The notes under the pieces were generated by a model. It was not told the DNA's origin, made no database searches, and saw only the letters and a program-made list of their open reading frames with translations. DNA of 61,935 bases, the filler included, from Rhabdomonas costata (Eukaryota): the NCBI GenBank assembly GCA_019059605.1. It is 26 parts of 26 records of this genome, joined end to end, with 100 filler letters (N's around TTAATTAATTAA, not from the genome) between each part and the next. Parts side by side here need not be neighbours in the genome. Positions count along the whole stretch, not along the records: positions 50,119 to 52,400 come from JAHMHO010004300.1; positions 52,501 to 54,788 come from JAHMHO010004301.1; positions 54,889 to 57,170 come from JAHMHO010004302.1; positions 57,271 to 59,553 come from JAHMHO010004303.1; positions 59,654 to 61,935 come from JAHMHO010004304.1; 21 more parts are not named here. One strand, written 5' to 3'. The translations under genes and the position numbers were made by a program. Positions 50,476 to 61,935 of this stretch are shown piece after piece; positions within the stretch are counted from its first letter, which is position 1; the number at the start of each line of letters is the position of its first letter.

Positions 50476-52728
50476 CGAGTCGACGTTGCGCTGGTTGGGG
50501 GCAGGCACGCACGTGGCAGGACGTTACTCCAAAACGGCTGGAAACGGTGCCCCTTTGGAAACAGGGCGGCGCGATCAAAAGCGGCGGGCCAACGAAGGAA
50601 ACAGCCACATGGAAGGGCAAAAAGGGGGCGCTTGGCGGGGGCAAGGTTGGGGTTCCGCAAAAGGAAGGAGCACGAAATGCGACAGACGGAAACAAAAGAG
50701 ACCAAATGGCGAGCAAAACTTTTGCAGAGGTCGCCCCGATGATCGGTTAACCAGAAAATAAGCAAGTACAATTAAAGTGTTCGGCAGTCCAACTGCTACC
50801 AGGCAGGAAGAGTTTGGACAAAGGGGCGCAAGAATGGTCACTGGTTTTTTGGTGGCCCCATGGTGCGTGCTTTTTTAGTGACCGCCGTTTGTGCCTTTAT
50901 ATTTCCTTTTCCAATTCGTTCTTTGCGAGGTCTCTGCTGCCAATCGGGCTCTCCATCTTATTTGCTGTGCATGCTTCTTTGCCTGGTTGCTTGCCCGCCT
51001 ATTCGGCTGCCTTTTTCGAAGCACACTGTTGCCGTCCTTTGATTTGTATTTCCTGCGTATAGGTTCTTTGAGCGGAAAAACTACAACATGTGCTGTTTGA
51101 TCCTGTTTCGCTTCGTGAATACAAATTTCTTCCTGCAGGCGGTGGGAGTGACCGAGCTGCGCAAGAGCGCCCAAGAACGTATGGATTGGACGATTAAAAC
51201 GAAGAAAATACTCCTATCTTGCCGCATCGGAAGAACGGTGATGGAAACTGGTGGAAACGCTGAACCACACCAGCAAGGAGCACGGTATCCCAGTCGCAGG
51301 GACGAAACCAGCGGTTCTGCAACGCACTCCCCAAACCACACAGTTGTACACTAAGCAGCCCGTCGGCCAAGCTCATACGTGGTGATGCCCAATACTCCGA
51401 ACCCACCCAAACAGGTACCCTCAGAATCGTCGTAACCGAAGCGTCTCCTGCAGAAAAAAGAAACGCCGAAATGGTGACAAAGTCAAAACGTCACCGTGGA
51501 TGTGGAGGCTGAGGCTGCCCCTTAGCTCTGAAGCCGAGATCCATGCCCCTAAAAGTTCTTGCGTACACTATAATGTGATGGCATGGGGAAAATGGTCGGG
51601 TGTGGCTGTGGTTCCGTTAGGAAGCAAACATTGATCTTAAAAAAAAAGAAGGTAAAACAATGCGAAAGCAGGCCAAGTGCCGGTGAAGTCCGCCTGCATA
51701 AGGACCGAGGAATATGAAACATAACCAGGGAGCAGGGAAAGCAGGCGGAGGTATTGAGGAGCGTAAGAGGAGAAGAAATTGGCGGGAAGGTCGGGGAGAC
51801 CAAATGCACTGTCGGTACATCTCATGGGTCGGAATCAAAACCTACCTGAAAAAGTTGCTTGACAAACATCCTGAAGAAATGTCTTGTTATTCTGCTTGAA
51901 TTTCAGAATGTGACTGAGCCTACAACCTACGGCCTAACGATAGAATTCTCAAATCTACTCACGCATTCTTGCCAGCTGATGCAGCCAGCAGCCAGCAGGG
52001 ATCCCAGATGAAAGGCACCCGAGGCAATGAATAAACATGATGTATAGCCAGAACCGTCCACAACATATCCACACGAATCGAAATTTACAGAACACCAAAA
52101 AGTGTCGGTAGAGAGGTGAATGCGCGTCATTGGAGATCACAACAATAGAATGGAGAGTTGAATGGATGAATAGAATGAATATTCTCAGGGGATCCTAGGA
52201 ATTCAAGAAAACAAAAGGCAGGAGGTTTAACGCATGCACCAATTATATGCACTACTAAGCACCCTATACCTCAGCCAAGACGCACTTGTTGGTTCCTTTT
52301 TTCTGGAAGCCCCAGAAACGCTTCGAGCTGATTTGACACCTACAGGAAACCCCACATGGTGAGGATTGAGATATTACCAAAAAACGGGGGGGGGGGGGAA
52401 NNNNNNNNNNNNNNNNNNNNNNNNNNNNNNNNNNNNNNNNNNNNTTAATTAATTAANNNNNNNNNNNNNNNNNNNNNNNNNNNNNNNNNNNNNNNNNNNN
52501 GTTTTGTGGTGGCATTCCTGCGTTTTTACGGTGTCCTGCTCTGATTTTTTTTGGGGGGGGGTAGTTGAAAAGTCGTTTGAGAAAACGTCTGTCTCTTGAT
52601 CTTCTGTCTGTCTCTTGATCTTCTGGCCTAAGAAAAAGGTTCAGTTTCGCATCTCGGAGGTTTTTTCTCCGCTCTAAAACAGTTTTTGTGGTGAGCGATC
52701 TTTGGTCTTTGCCCTTTGCCCTCCGCAG

Positions 52729-53706
52729 ATCTCCGATTTACATGGCCCCAGAGATCTTCGTCAAGAAAGACTACACCTCAAGCGTGGATCTCTGGTCCTC
52801 AGGTATCTGCTCCTGTTTTCCTGCCCCATTTGCATCTTTCCGCAGGCATCTCTCTATCCGCTCCACATAGGTGTGCAACGTTTGGTTTTGGCATTTTTGT
52901 AAGGAGATTGCTTTGGAAGGCCATCATGGAATGACGGAGGCACGCTCGTTCCCTCGCACAGGTACAGTGCTGTACGAGATGGTGTTTGGCAAGCCTCCCT
53001 TCACGGGTGGTTCTTGCCTTGAGCTGCACGAGAACGTCAAGAAAGGTGCTGCCGGGGAGTCTCAGCCCCTCACCTTGCTTGCTTTACATAAGGCCCCCGA
53101 GGATTTTTGCAAGAATTCACTGTTCTTTCCTTTCTTAACATACGTCGTAGCTCTGGGGAAAACTCTGGACAGGCTTTGTTCTGTCGGAGATGCGCGATAC
53201 CCAGGTTAGGGTTAGGGTTAGGGTTAGGGTTAGGGTTAGGGTCTTTTTCTGCCTCGCTTTCATCAGCATCTGCTTGTCACGTTCCTCTCCTGCTGTTACA
53301 ACAGGGCACCTCTTTTGTCTGCCGCCTTTCTCTTTTCCTCGCACTCTTTTTTGGTTCGTTTCTCATTGGTTGGCAGGCTTTGCTGTTGTTCTTCGTTTCC
53401 TTTAGTGGTATGAAATTGTCTGTGAAAAAGGAAACCTGTTTCTCAATAAGTTTCGCTTTGGGAGCGTGAGCCGTGCTCTGAAAAATTCTATTTCCTTGCT
53501 TTTATGCTGTCTGCTGGTCTGCTGGTATGAGCGCAGCACAGACCCCCACCCCCACCCCTTAAAAGGGTTGACTCTGGAGGACAGCCCACAAGTCAGCGCG
53601 CTCTGCGCGGACCTGCTGCGCCGGCTTCTTGTGGTGGATCCCGACCAGCGGATACGCTTTGACGAGCTGTTTGTCCACCCCTACATTGTGGACGCCCCAC
53701 CGACAG
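52729..53706 (+). CDS. ATG1: Ser/Thr protein kinase, ATG1/ULK-like, subdomains VIII-XI
   Basis: Exons 52729-52802, 52962-53045 and 53566-53706: SPIYMAPEI, VDLWSSGTVLYEMVFGKPPF, CADLLRRLLVVDPDQRIRFDELFVHPY. Kinase identity is secure; ATG1 orthology is inferred. Confidence 0.75.
53206..53241 (+). repeat. Interstitial telomere-type repeat (TTAGGG)6 inside a kinase intron
   Basis: Six perfect TTAGGG units flanked by unique sequence. Confidence 0.92.
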
Positions 53707-53890
53707 GTCTGCAGTCCCTCGGGCGGCTTCTTCTGCTCTCTCTCCCCCCCCCCTGCGATTCATTTCAACATGTGCTGCCCTGTCATGTGTGCACACCTGT
53801 TCACATTGTAGTGGTCATTTTGGCACAGGTGCTTAGGCTAATGGATTTTTTCCTTGGGTCTGGATGTTCCTTGGGTCCGGTCTATTTGGA

Positions 53891-54169
53891 GGGGGCGTTA
53901 TACGGTATAGCGGCGTTGTACGGTCATGGGTAGGGGTGGAATATGAAAAATGATTTTTGGCCATGCCGTTGTCTTTGACGTTGGTCAGTATTGGTGGCAG
54001 GAACTCATTCCTTGCTAGGCTTAAGTCACCAAAAGGGATTCGATTAGTTTAGGGGCGGAGGCCAACCGCCTGGGCCCCGGGATTTAGTTTCATCCCTCGT
54101 CGTGTAACACCGTTATACCGTATAACGGTACTGTTATACCGTATAATGGCGATTACGTTTAACGCCCCC
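53891..54169. mobile_element. Candidate MITE-like insertion (~280 bp)
   Basis: Terminal inverted repeat gggggcgtta / taacgccccc and subterminal inverted copies of ttatacggtata (one left, two right). No clear target-site duplication. Confidence 0.5.
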
Positions 54170-57100
54170 CACCCAAAAAAAAATAGACCGACCGTGTTTT
54201 TACTCATTCATTCATACAGTGTCAAAGTAATGTTATGTGTGTTGTGTGGGGGTGTGCAGGAGCAAGAAACGCCAAAGGGTCCGCGGGGTCCCATGCCAAG
54301 GGGATTCATTTGAGCAGTGAGGCGGTAACTAGTAGCGAGGTGCTGCAGGTCTTCCTCCCAGTCCCAGCTCCTCTTCCTCTTCATCTCCCTCTCCCCTCGT
54401 AACAGTCTCCCTCTGTTCCTTTTCGACTTCAGCGGTGGTCATTGTATCCCCCACGTGGGTCTGCTGCGTTTAGGACTACTTATTTGCATCTTATTGGAAA
54501 TGATGCGTTTCCTTGAACTCATCACCGTATGGAGCTCGCTCCAAGCGAAGCATCCCGCTGTGGTGTTGAATTTGTGTCAAGGCATTGCAAGAAGCATTGC
54601 AAGAAGCATCGCGTTGTCTCATTTTAATTTGTGGCTCAATATCTAAGCCGCGCTCTTTATAGCTGCGGCTGTCTATCAGCTCACAACCAATTTCAGCTAG
54701 TTTAGTATTGGCTGTTTGTTCCCAAAGTTGGCGTAATTCAACGATTTCATCACTCACACGCTCAAGCCCCAAACTTTTACGCTTTTTGNNNNNNNNNNNN
54801 NNNNNNNNNNNNNNNNNNNNNNNNNNNNNNNNTTAATTAATTAANNNNNNNNNNNNNNNNNNNNNNNNNNNNNNNNNNNNNNNNNNNNGATCTGGTGCGC
54901 CCTCCCTTCCCCCAATGTGTCCTTGTCTCTGGTTCGCCCACAGTCATGACAATGTTATGAGCTTTTCATTTTGCGGCATTCGACTTCTCGTATTTTCTGG
55001 TTTAGTCCCCTTTCCTTGAAATCGTGATCCGTACAGCTGCCCTCCCAAGTTTGAATGGATTAGTGTGATCGCTGGCCAAGTCGTTCCTCACAAAAGGGTT
55101 TCGTCTATTCCGCGATTTTTTTTTGTGGTTTCCCCTCATCGTACCATCTTACGTTCTATAAGAATGCTTTGGGGCACTCGCGTCCTCGTGCTTGGAATTT
55201 AGGAAATACGTTTGTCGCCCTCCGTATCCGCGAACCCTAATGTGGTTACTGCCTTGCCTAGCGCTATAAGGGCTGGATGTGAGGGGAGGGGAGGTCACCA
55301 AGCCGACACATATGAGGTGCGGGGCGGATCGCGCGTTTCGTGCGTTCGTATTCATTATCTCCACGTCTGAAGTGGGAGAAATACCCAAATCGCGGCGTAT
55401 GCGCTTCCCATGCCCCAGAACAACCACGCACACTCCCAGCAAACACCGCTCAGTTCATTGCGATTCCCGTATGCGCACTTCTAAAGGCGCATAAATTCAA
55501 TTCGCAGCCTTTCGCAGGAAAAGTAGTCACTCTTCGTGAGCTTGTGGCCGAAAAGAGAACGCGAGGAAATTTGCAGAGAAAAATTAAGCACGTCACACCG
55601 TAAATTCACAACTGCACCACAGCGCATGGCTGGGTTTAAACCCCACCTTTACTTACCTTCTCCAAGTCAGCCGTTCCCAGAATTCACAGTTCGCTTCAAA
55701 GATCAGCACAAACTCGGAATCACCGGAAAAAATGTCGCATACCATTTTCTGAGTTCCCGAGTGTTACTTACCTTGGTTTATTCAGCAGCGAGGGCCGAAA
55801 TGTCCCAGTAGTGAAGTGGGGTCCGCGCAAATGGAGCATTACCGTTACATATCGCGTTGGCGGTAGAATCGAAAGAGTTGGTCCGACACACCGTGGGAGG
55901 GCAGCAGGACGACTCAGTACATTTCACGACAAAAACTCTTATCATGAACCCGCGCAGAGCATAGAAATGTCGAAGCCAAAACAGCGTGAAAACAAATCGC
56001 ACAGGGCGAGCGAATGACAAACACGCGCCTAACCAAATCAAATCACAGTGAAGGTGAGGAAGAAAACCCAAAAATTTAAGGAAAAACGTGCTAACGTATT
56101 TCAAGCGTTTCCAAAAGGGGAGATGTCAGGGGTATACTGTTGTCGCTACGGCCTACGATCTCCGGTCCCCGATGTGAGTTACGTCTACGCGCCGGGTTTT
56201 TACCTTTATTCTTTTTTGCACAGCGCAGCTTTTGTTTGCTTTTTGCCCGCCCCCATGAACGCTGACTTTGAAGAATCTTTCTGACTGCAGGCTTTTATTT
56301 TGTTTGGCAGTGAGTGGACACGTTTGCACACTTACCCGCACCCGATTCGACCGATGTCATTCGTGTTGCCCTCGCACCATCGAGCGGACCATCTTATTGT
56401 GGGCGAGCAGGCCTCTGCCTTCTGCGTGGCTTGTGCCCTGCACTGTATGTGTGAAACCCGAGCCTGCGACTATCGTTTATCGATGTTCGTTTCTGTGGGT
56501 TCTTTGAGTGAAGGAAACGGGCCGTTGGTGTTATTGGAGATGTCCTGTTATGGTGTCGTTTAGACACTAAGCAGTGTTAGCCTCCGGTGTGAAGTCTTCT
56601 GAAGGTCTAAAGGTGATCCAAAGGTATTCTGTGTCCTATTTCTGTGATCGGTTATGCTGTTTGAGTTGGAGTATTTGGAAACATTGTTGTGTGGAGAAAG
56701 TGTAGCTCATTGGAGTGGTGGTGGGATGCCTTCCAGTTTTGAGCTCTCGGTCTCCGCAGTGCCTCACCATCCGCAAGCACGAGCTGCTCAGTGCGCTGCA
56801 CAAGGCATGTGGAGCTGCGCCTGAAAGACTTCATTTTACTCCCCCCCCCCCGCTCGCTCAGATATTCTCATTGGGAAAATTCCCATTGGGTTAGGATTTG
56901 GTTTGGGTCGAAAACATTCGTGCACCGCCGAGCCCGTGGTTGAAGACATTACGCATCAAACATGCGATGAGACGTAGTTCTTCCAATTACAATTAAGAAT
57001 CGATGTCAGTGTTTTCTGCACTTAACCAATCCTGGCCGGGAAGGCAGTTTTTCTTCCACTTCCGGGGCGAGGTACCAGGGCAATTTCTTTGTTTTTACAA

Positions 57101-57399
57101 TTAGTGCATTAATTCGGAGCCTGCGTTGCGTGAGGCCTTGAATTAATGCACTAATTGTAAAAACAAAAACNNNNNNNNNNNNNNNNNNNNNNNNNNNNNN
57201 NNNNNNNNNNNNNNTTAATTAATTAANNNNNNNNNNNNNNNNNNNNNNNNNNNNNNNNNNNNNNNNNNNNTTGTTGTTTCCTTTCCTCAACGTAGAAGAG
57301 AGAATGCATCCCTGTGGGGCCTTTCACCTCTATCGCAGATGCCCTCTTGCTTCCTACTCCGGATGGCTCCTGCTACGCAGACCCATCCTTCGTACCCTT

Positions 57400-57960
57400 C
57401 CATGACTTCAACCACCACCTTCACCTTTGACTGGTATTCTTGACTCCGGCTACGCCTGGTCGGAACGTAGCGAAGCGGAGTGAAGAGACAGGTATAGAAG
57501 AAGGATGTTGATGTCTGAGGGGCCCTTGGGGCCCCGAGCGTGTATGTGCTGGTCGTGATGTCTTCGCTACACTCATCCATCACTCCCTACAAATACTTGT
57601 TCGTTACTCCACCGCTATGCGCTTCCGCTCCTCACCTTTCTATCGTAAAGCGTAAAGCGTGTAAAGCGTTTAGCAGGGCCTCAGGCTCGCCAACAACTCA
57701 TACCACGACAGATGGTTTGGAAGTAGCTCGGTGAGTCCCGACTGAATCGCGTTGCGGTCAACAGAGTTGAAGGCGTTAGAGACATCTACCTGAAGCAGAT
57801 AGCCAGTTCCTCGGAGAGGTCCGGTCGAAGCGCTTGGAAAAGTTCCTTGACCCCCAGGTAGCTCTCTCCTTGTTGAGATGTTGTCTGGGTGCGCTGAAGA
57901 TAAACCAACTGCTTTGCGTTCTGTGGAGCCCTCTTGCCAGCGACTTCCGCTCGCGCGTGA
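57400..57960 (+). mobile_element. Decayed CRE/SLACS-clade non-LTR retrotransposon RT fragment
   Basis: Frameshifted WY-LD-SG-LVGT-like motif (~57432), DGLEV..VP (~57711) and LEKFLDPQVALSLLRCCLGALKINQLL, resembling the post-RT segment of CRE-like elements. Confidence 0.55.
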
Positions 57961-58173
57961 TATCAGAGTTGCCTTCAGAATTCAACGCTCATTCACGCTG
58001 CGGCGTACTTCTCACCCGCTCTTGCCGAGAACGTCAGTGCCTTCTACCGAGAGAACAGCTATGGGCAGCCGCCGGAGACCTTTGCAGCCAACTAGAACTC
58101 CAGACCTCTAACTGTGGTTGGCGCAGCACACATTACCGTAACCAAGAACCAGCTATAATGTACTCGCAGCAGC

Positions 58174-58332
58174 TAAGGTCGGAACAGGTCCACCTCCAAC
58201 TCCATACGGAGTTTCTTCAAAGCGCGACTCTTCAAGACAAGGTTGTTGTCTCCACGACAACATCCCAGACGTCGCTCCCGCTCCTTGTAGAGCTCGTCGT
58301 ACTGCTTGACCTTCTCCTCAGCGAGCTTCAGC
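58174..58332 (-). CDS. Possible coiled-coil-encoding exon
   Basis: After tgcag|: LKLAEEKVKQYDELYKERERR with GC3-rich codons; no family recognised. Confidence 0.3.
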
Positions 58333-59951
58333 TGCAGTCGTCACCGTCGCTTGCGCTGGGCAGCGGGTGGACGACTGAGACATCGACGGCCGTTGGCACG
58401 TCACAGAAGGAGGGGAGAACGATCCAGGTTCGAACCAGGCAAACCGACGCAAGCACTTCCACCTGGGACTTCCACTCCTCCCAGTTCCGTGCAAATGAAA
58501 GAAATGCCTCTGAAATGTATTTATGTATAGCACAAATGCTTCGGAAAATGCAAGCATAAATGCTAACTTGAATGCACCACAAATGGGTCAATGAGTTCGC
58601 CAACCACTTGGAGGCTCGCACACCGCTCCAGGAAGCGGTAATCGCGGAAGCGGAGGATTCGTTGTTGCGAGAGCAAATAGTCGAAATATTCCAATGGTCC
58701 AGGTGAGTTGCTCATTTACAGGGTGGTTATCAAAACTACCTCCCCCTATTTCACGATAGCTATGCTTCAACCTATAAAGTATTCAAATATATTATAACTA
58801 TTTTGAAAATAATCTAGTCAACACGTGATAACACAAAGAAAAGCCAGCTTAAAAGCTCTTCTACCAGAATTATCAGAGTAGGATATTGGCGCACGCGGAT
58901 TTAGTGATGTTTGTGAAAAAATGCGCTTATGTCAGTAAAAAACTTTCCAGCAATAAAGGTGTTTGCTCTTATTTTTTGCTCTGTTATTTTTTAAGCTCAT
59001 ATCACTTCACGACAGCTTCACACGTACAGAATTATTGTGGTATGGTCCTAAAGGTGCAGATCGCATGAGTGCATTGCCAACCAAGAGAGAGAGAGAGAGA
59101 GAGAGAGGAAGGGCTTTTGCATTATCCGAGATAGATCCAACAGAATGGGGATCTCCAAGTTACAAGGACTAATAATTCCTTTGCTAGAACGCAGTTGCCA
59201 ACTCACAACAAAGATTACGAAAGGCACAACTTCAAGAGGCCGCGACCTGTGAGACAGACGTGGAATTGTCTCGGTTCTGTTGTGCAGGCTAACGTACAAA
59301 AGGACCAAAAAAAATCACCAGGGGAAACGGCTCCAAATATTCACCACACAATCAGTCGCACGAAGCATGTTCGTGCTCTTGACTCATCCTGTGGTCGTCC
59401 AGGCACGGAGACCGGGCTCACGTCTGAGGTGACGTGCCTTACCAAGTGCCGCCGATAATGCTCTGCAAACCCTAAATGCAGGAGATTGAGGGTACATCCG
59501 TAACCCGTACATCCGAAAATCTCTTCTACCTCCCTGTTTTTGCCACCACCACANNNNNNNNNNNNNNNNNNNNNNNNNNNNNNNNNNNNNNNNNNNNTTA
59601 ATTAATTAANNNNNNNNNNNNNNNNNNNNNNNNNNNNNNNNNNNNNNNNNNNNGTGTGGTGGGGTCGCTGTGTGTCACAATGTTACCGTTGCCTGGGTTG
59701 AAGCTACCGTTGTTTGGGTTACTAGTATTTATGGAGGTGTGGGGAAGCCTGGACCTTCATGGTGTTGCGTCCCTTCGAGGTTCGATTCCCCTAGGGGCCC
59801 GGTACAGAATTCCCCAGCTTTGACCTGTTCCAACTCAAAGGCTCCCGCTCAGATGACGCTTGCTTCCCTGGCTGGCTGGCTTGCTTGCATACAAATCAGG
59901 TCACCATGAGGGGGGCGGGTGTTAAACGCACACACGCTATTTATTTCCCGA

Positions 59952-60629
59952 GGATGCACATCGACAGATTCTCCCATGGTGCAGCACCGAAGCCTCAGGG
60001 TCGGGATTGGCTTTTAGTATTGTATATCCCATTGCCGCATTTGGAATGGGACACCATGGTGCTCTGTTGTTTGTCAACCGGTGATACCCACAGCAGCGTT
60101 TGCGTTTGGGCGTTTATTTTGGTGAGCTCCGGGTGCCACGTCATCAGTAGTTCAGGGGCCCGCGGTTTGCATTCTTACATGACAAGTGCAGGAGGAATTG
60201 CTTGATCGCGTGGCGAGCGTGGATCCGGTCTCTTTTGCAACAGCCCAGAGTGACTGCTGACTTCCGCTTTCCGGTGAATCAGAAGTAGGAAGTAGTTGGC
60301 GTATTTTTCGGCTTTTTTTGTCGTGCTCCGCCATTGCGACAATTTATTTTCTTTTCTCTGGCAAAAAAAAAACAGGCCCTCTCACTTGTTTCTGTCCAAG
60401 ACCATGCAGCAGTTGCGCTTTGCTGCTGAGACAGTTCGTCTGTGGCTTCCCCTTTCTGCAGGGAGATGCGCCGTACAAGAGCGTCCCCGCCGCGAAGAAG
60501 GAGAAGGGCACCGCCCCCAAGCCCGGCCGGGCACCCACTGATCTCCCTGTCGGGGGACCCACCTTTGCCCCTTCGACAGCTCAGCAGCCAACCCACAGCA
60601 TCTCAACCCGCCCCACAGGCCCCGCTCAG
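59952..60629 (+). CDS. Unidentified spliced gene fragment, Pro/Lys-rich
   Basis: Short AG/GT-bounded blocks at ~59952-59998, 60192-60227 (EELLDRVASVDP) and 60461-60629 (GDAPYKSVPAAKKEKG...) can be joined in frame. Confidence 0.4.
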
Positions 60630-61935
60630 GTCCTGTGGGGAGTGAGGGAATGGGGACGGGAGGTTGGAGATGGGATGCGCGCACTCCTTTTTCCCCCTTT
60701 CCAGAATGTTTAAGCGGAGGTTCCCCATGACACGTCCCGGCATCTGTGTGGTCGGAACAAGAAATATCCCTCAGTCCGCCTCCCGATTTTTTGCTTCTGC
60801 GCCGCTGTTCTGTGTGGAGGACTGTTGACGCTGGACATTGACCCTGGTTGCTGGCACCCCCTTTAAAAATCCAACCGCACAGCATTCAGAGGAAACAGCG
60901 GGGCTCCATCTGATGGCCACCGGCGTACGTCCCCCCGCTATTCCATTTGGTCTCTTGGGCTTGTAGGGGAGGAGGTTTCGGCTAAACCCTAGAGGTGTTG
61001 CATCGTGGCCTTCCTCACCTTCTGGCTTTTGCATCCCTGTATTGAGGTCCCAGTCTGAACCCTTTGCCTGCACCAGCGCACCTGGAAGCTGGGAGTTGGA
61101 GAGGTGTTACTTGGAAGGGGTCCGTGCAGGTTGGGTTGTTTTGCTGTTGCACTTGCGCCGTGTCTGCTTCGCCTTCGACCGAGCAGAATGAAAACCTACC
61201 CCCCAATTCCCGGCCTTCAAGTTCCGACCTGTGATGACGCTCGCATTGTTTGGCTGAGCACCTGCCTCTACCCAGACGCTCGTTTGGAAATATGTTGCGG
61301 AGGTCAGGCGATGCAGGATTAGTGGCGTTGCACCTTGCTGAAGGCGGTGCAAGTACGGATGGGAAGTAAAGCAGGTTAAAGTTTACCTTTAACCAGGTAA
61401 AAGTTTACTTTACGGTTTGAAGGTAAAACAGAATATCCAACGCCGAAAAGGCCACCGTTTGAAAGTCGCCGTGAAAAAGCCTCATATCGGAATTCATATC
61501 GGAATACCTTGCCCCAGTCATCCAAACCAAAGGCCGTTTGATGTCTACCACCCGCTCTAAGGCCATTAGCACGACGGACATGTACTCCTCCCCCCGCCTG
61601 AAAAGTGTGGATGACCTCATCCTTTTTGAGTTCTTTGTCATACGGCAGGGGCCTTTCACTATCCCGCCCTCTCGGGCAGTGTTCCGCTCCCCAGTGCTCA
61701 GCAGTGGGTCCGCGGCAGTGGCCTTGGAACCCCACCCATCGGGCGGCATCAGCAGCAGCAACAGCAGCAGTAGCACCAGTCTTAGCAGCTATAGCACCGG
61801 CGCAGGCCCTGGCCCTGGCCCCGGGGAACTCGTCAACGCTGTGGTTTCTGCGGTGCAGGGGATCTGTGCCGCGCTCAGCGTTCACCCGGAGCCAAGGTAA
61901 GCCGCGGGCGTCGGTTAAATGCTCACCAACCACCC

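Noticed and set aside
57091-57164. 25-bp hairpin resembling a terminator or MITE
   Set aside because: At the contig end; same fold-back pattern.
2287-59653. Regularly spaced TTAATTAATTAA repeats as a CRISPR-like array or biological repeat
   Set aside because: Always embedded in fixed N runs; it is an assembly concatenation linker.
61376-61933. 185-aa minus-strand ORF and overlapping plus-strand ORF
   Set aside because: Low-complexity GC-rich sequence open in several frames with no recognisable domain; the coding strand cannot be assigned.
1-61935. Gene neighbourhood or operon-like system across the window
   Set aside because: Contigs are unlinked and ordered by size, so cross-contig adjacency carries no information.

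Overview
This is not one locus. It is 26 unlinked contigs of about 2.28 kb each, joined by an artificial N44-TTAATTAATTAA-N44 linker (stops in all six frames), so adjacency between contigs means nothing. Most contigs start with G/T-only and end with A/C-only ~10-mers and several end in fold-backs, which suggests K-primer whole-genome amplification of a single cell (inference). The DNA is from an intron-rich flagellated protist, plausibly a euglenozoan (inference from a GT48 beta-1,3-glucan synthase, a long bacterial-type CysE, TTAGGG repeats, CRE/DIRS-like relics and intron style). Recognisable spliced gene fragments: RRP12, PPOX, CysE, peptidase C69, DHHC palmitoyltransferase, GT48 glucan synthase, ATG1-like kinase, PAP2 phosphatase, RNase Z, LolD-like ABC ATPase, a CBM14 secreted protein, a Shisa-like membrane protein and a PGP/SHIPPO-repeat protein, plus decayed Penelope-like, DIRS-like and CRE-like retroelements. 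The most interesting signal is the splicing system: many introns have mutually complementary 5' and 3' ends, often lack a polypyrimidine tract, and use GT, GC and apparently GA donors. Also notable are a triplicated phase-0 exon encoding a Cys/His module and a tandem structured repeat with compensatory changes. All calls were made by eye, without database searches.
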